Part shown: one piece after another, positions 27,452 through 27,924 of the stretch
How the letters are laid out: every line of letters begins with the position of its first letter
Numbering within the stretch: the stretch's first letter is position 1
NCBI GenBank assembly: GCA_965662175.1
Contig: CBFIGT010000007.1
Location: forward strand, 1 to 27,924
Origin: Arcobacter sp.
Lineage (GTDB): Bacteria; Campylobacterota; Campylobacteria; Campylobacterales; Arcobacteraceae
Length of the DNA: 27,924 nucleotides
Direction: 5' to 3'
Made by a program: the position numbers and the translations under genes
Notes under the pieces: model-generated
Told to the model about the DNA's origin: nothing
Seen by the model: the letters and a program-made list of their open reading frames with translations, nothing else
Database searches by the model: none

Positions 27452-27924
27452 GTGAACAAATTATTATTAGCTTTATTAGCTTTAGCTCCAGTTGCATTAT
27501 TTGCTAGTAGTGAAGGTGCGGAAACAAACTATGATATAGTTCAAAGAACCGTTAACTTTGTGATTTTTGCTGGAATTTTATGGTATTTATTATCAGATAA
27601 AATTAAAGCATATTTTGCAAACAGAACTTTAGAAATTCAAGCAGAATTAGATAAAGTACAAGATACATTAAAAGCTTCTCAAGCAAAAGTTGACGAAGCT
27701 GCTGCAAAACTTGAAGCAGCTAAAAAATTAGCAGCTGAAACTGTTGAGTTAGCAAAATCAGAAGTTGGTGCATTAAAACAAAAAGTTGCAAATGCAGTTG
27801 ATGCTGAGATTGCTCAATTAAACAGAAACTTTGATGAAAAAATTGAAGTTGAAAATAGAAAGGCGCAACGAGAAATTGTTGAAGAAATTCTTGAAGAGCT
27901 ACTAAAATCAGACAATATTGCAAT
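27452..27924 (+). CDS. atpF: F0F1 ATP synthase subunit b (3'-truncated; missing from the ORF track)
   Basis: GTG at 27452 after AAGGAG; translates MNKLLLALLALAPVALFASSEGAETNYDIVQRTVNFVIFAGILWYLL...; open to the window end. Confidence 0.93.
   Translation, partial: MNKLLLALLALAPVALFASSEGAETNYDIVQRTVNFVIFAGILWYLLSDKIKAYFANRTLEIQAELDKVQDTLKASQAKVDEAAAKLEAAKKLAAETVELAKSEVGALKQKVANAVDAEIAQLNRNFDEKIEVENRKAQREIVEEILEELLKSDNIA

Noticed and set aside
3648..27923. Short antisense ORFs in the ORF track (3648, 4709, 5146, 6094, 6729, 8351, 11089, 12129, 20821, 23001, 25069, 26992, 27720)
   Set aside because: All lie opposite well-supported genes and have shadow-ORF composition with no recognisable motifs.

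Overview
AT-rich chromosomal window from a Campylobacterota bacterium, most likely Arcobacteraceae, judged from protein sequences and gene order. It is mostly core genes: rnpA(partial)-yidD-yidC-jag-mnmE, sixA-like, htpX; aroC-rnc-rnhA-LapB-like/dnaG-ridA; rplU-rpmA-obgE-proB-fmt; birA-parA-parB-atpF'-atpF(partial). An accessory block (about 5.97-14.6 kb) carries a TolC/MFP/RND efflux operon with an OmpR-type two-component system and a compact DUF134 locus. The DUF134 locus is the most interesting part. A DUF134-NifX-like regulator is divergent from a near-consensus sigma70 promoter (TTGACA-N17-TATTAT) overlapped by two CATATGTTCA operator-like repeats. That promoter would drive a roughly 240-nt multi-hairpin non-coding RNA or leader with three C/U-rich anti-Shine-Dalgarno-like motifs. 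It is followed by a degenerate NifB/NifX-family gene and a convergent, separately promoted candidate sRNA of about 58 nt. dnaG and birA look leaderless. No mobile elements, CRISPR arrays, rRNA or tRNA genes were seen.
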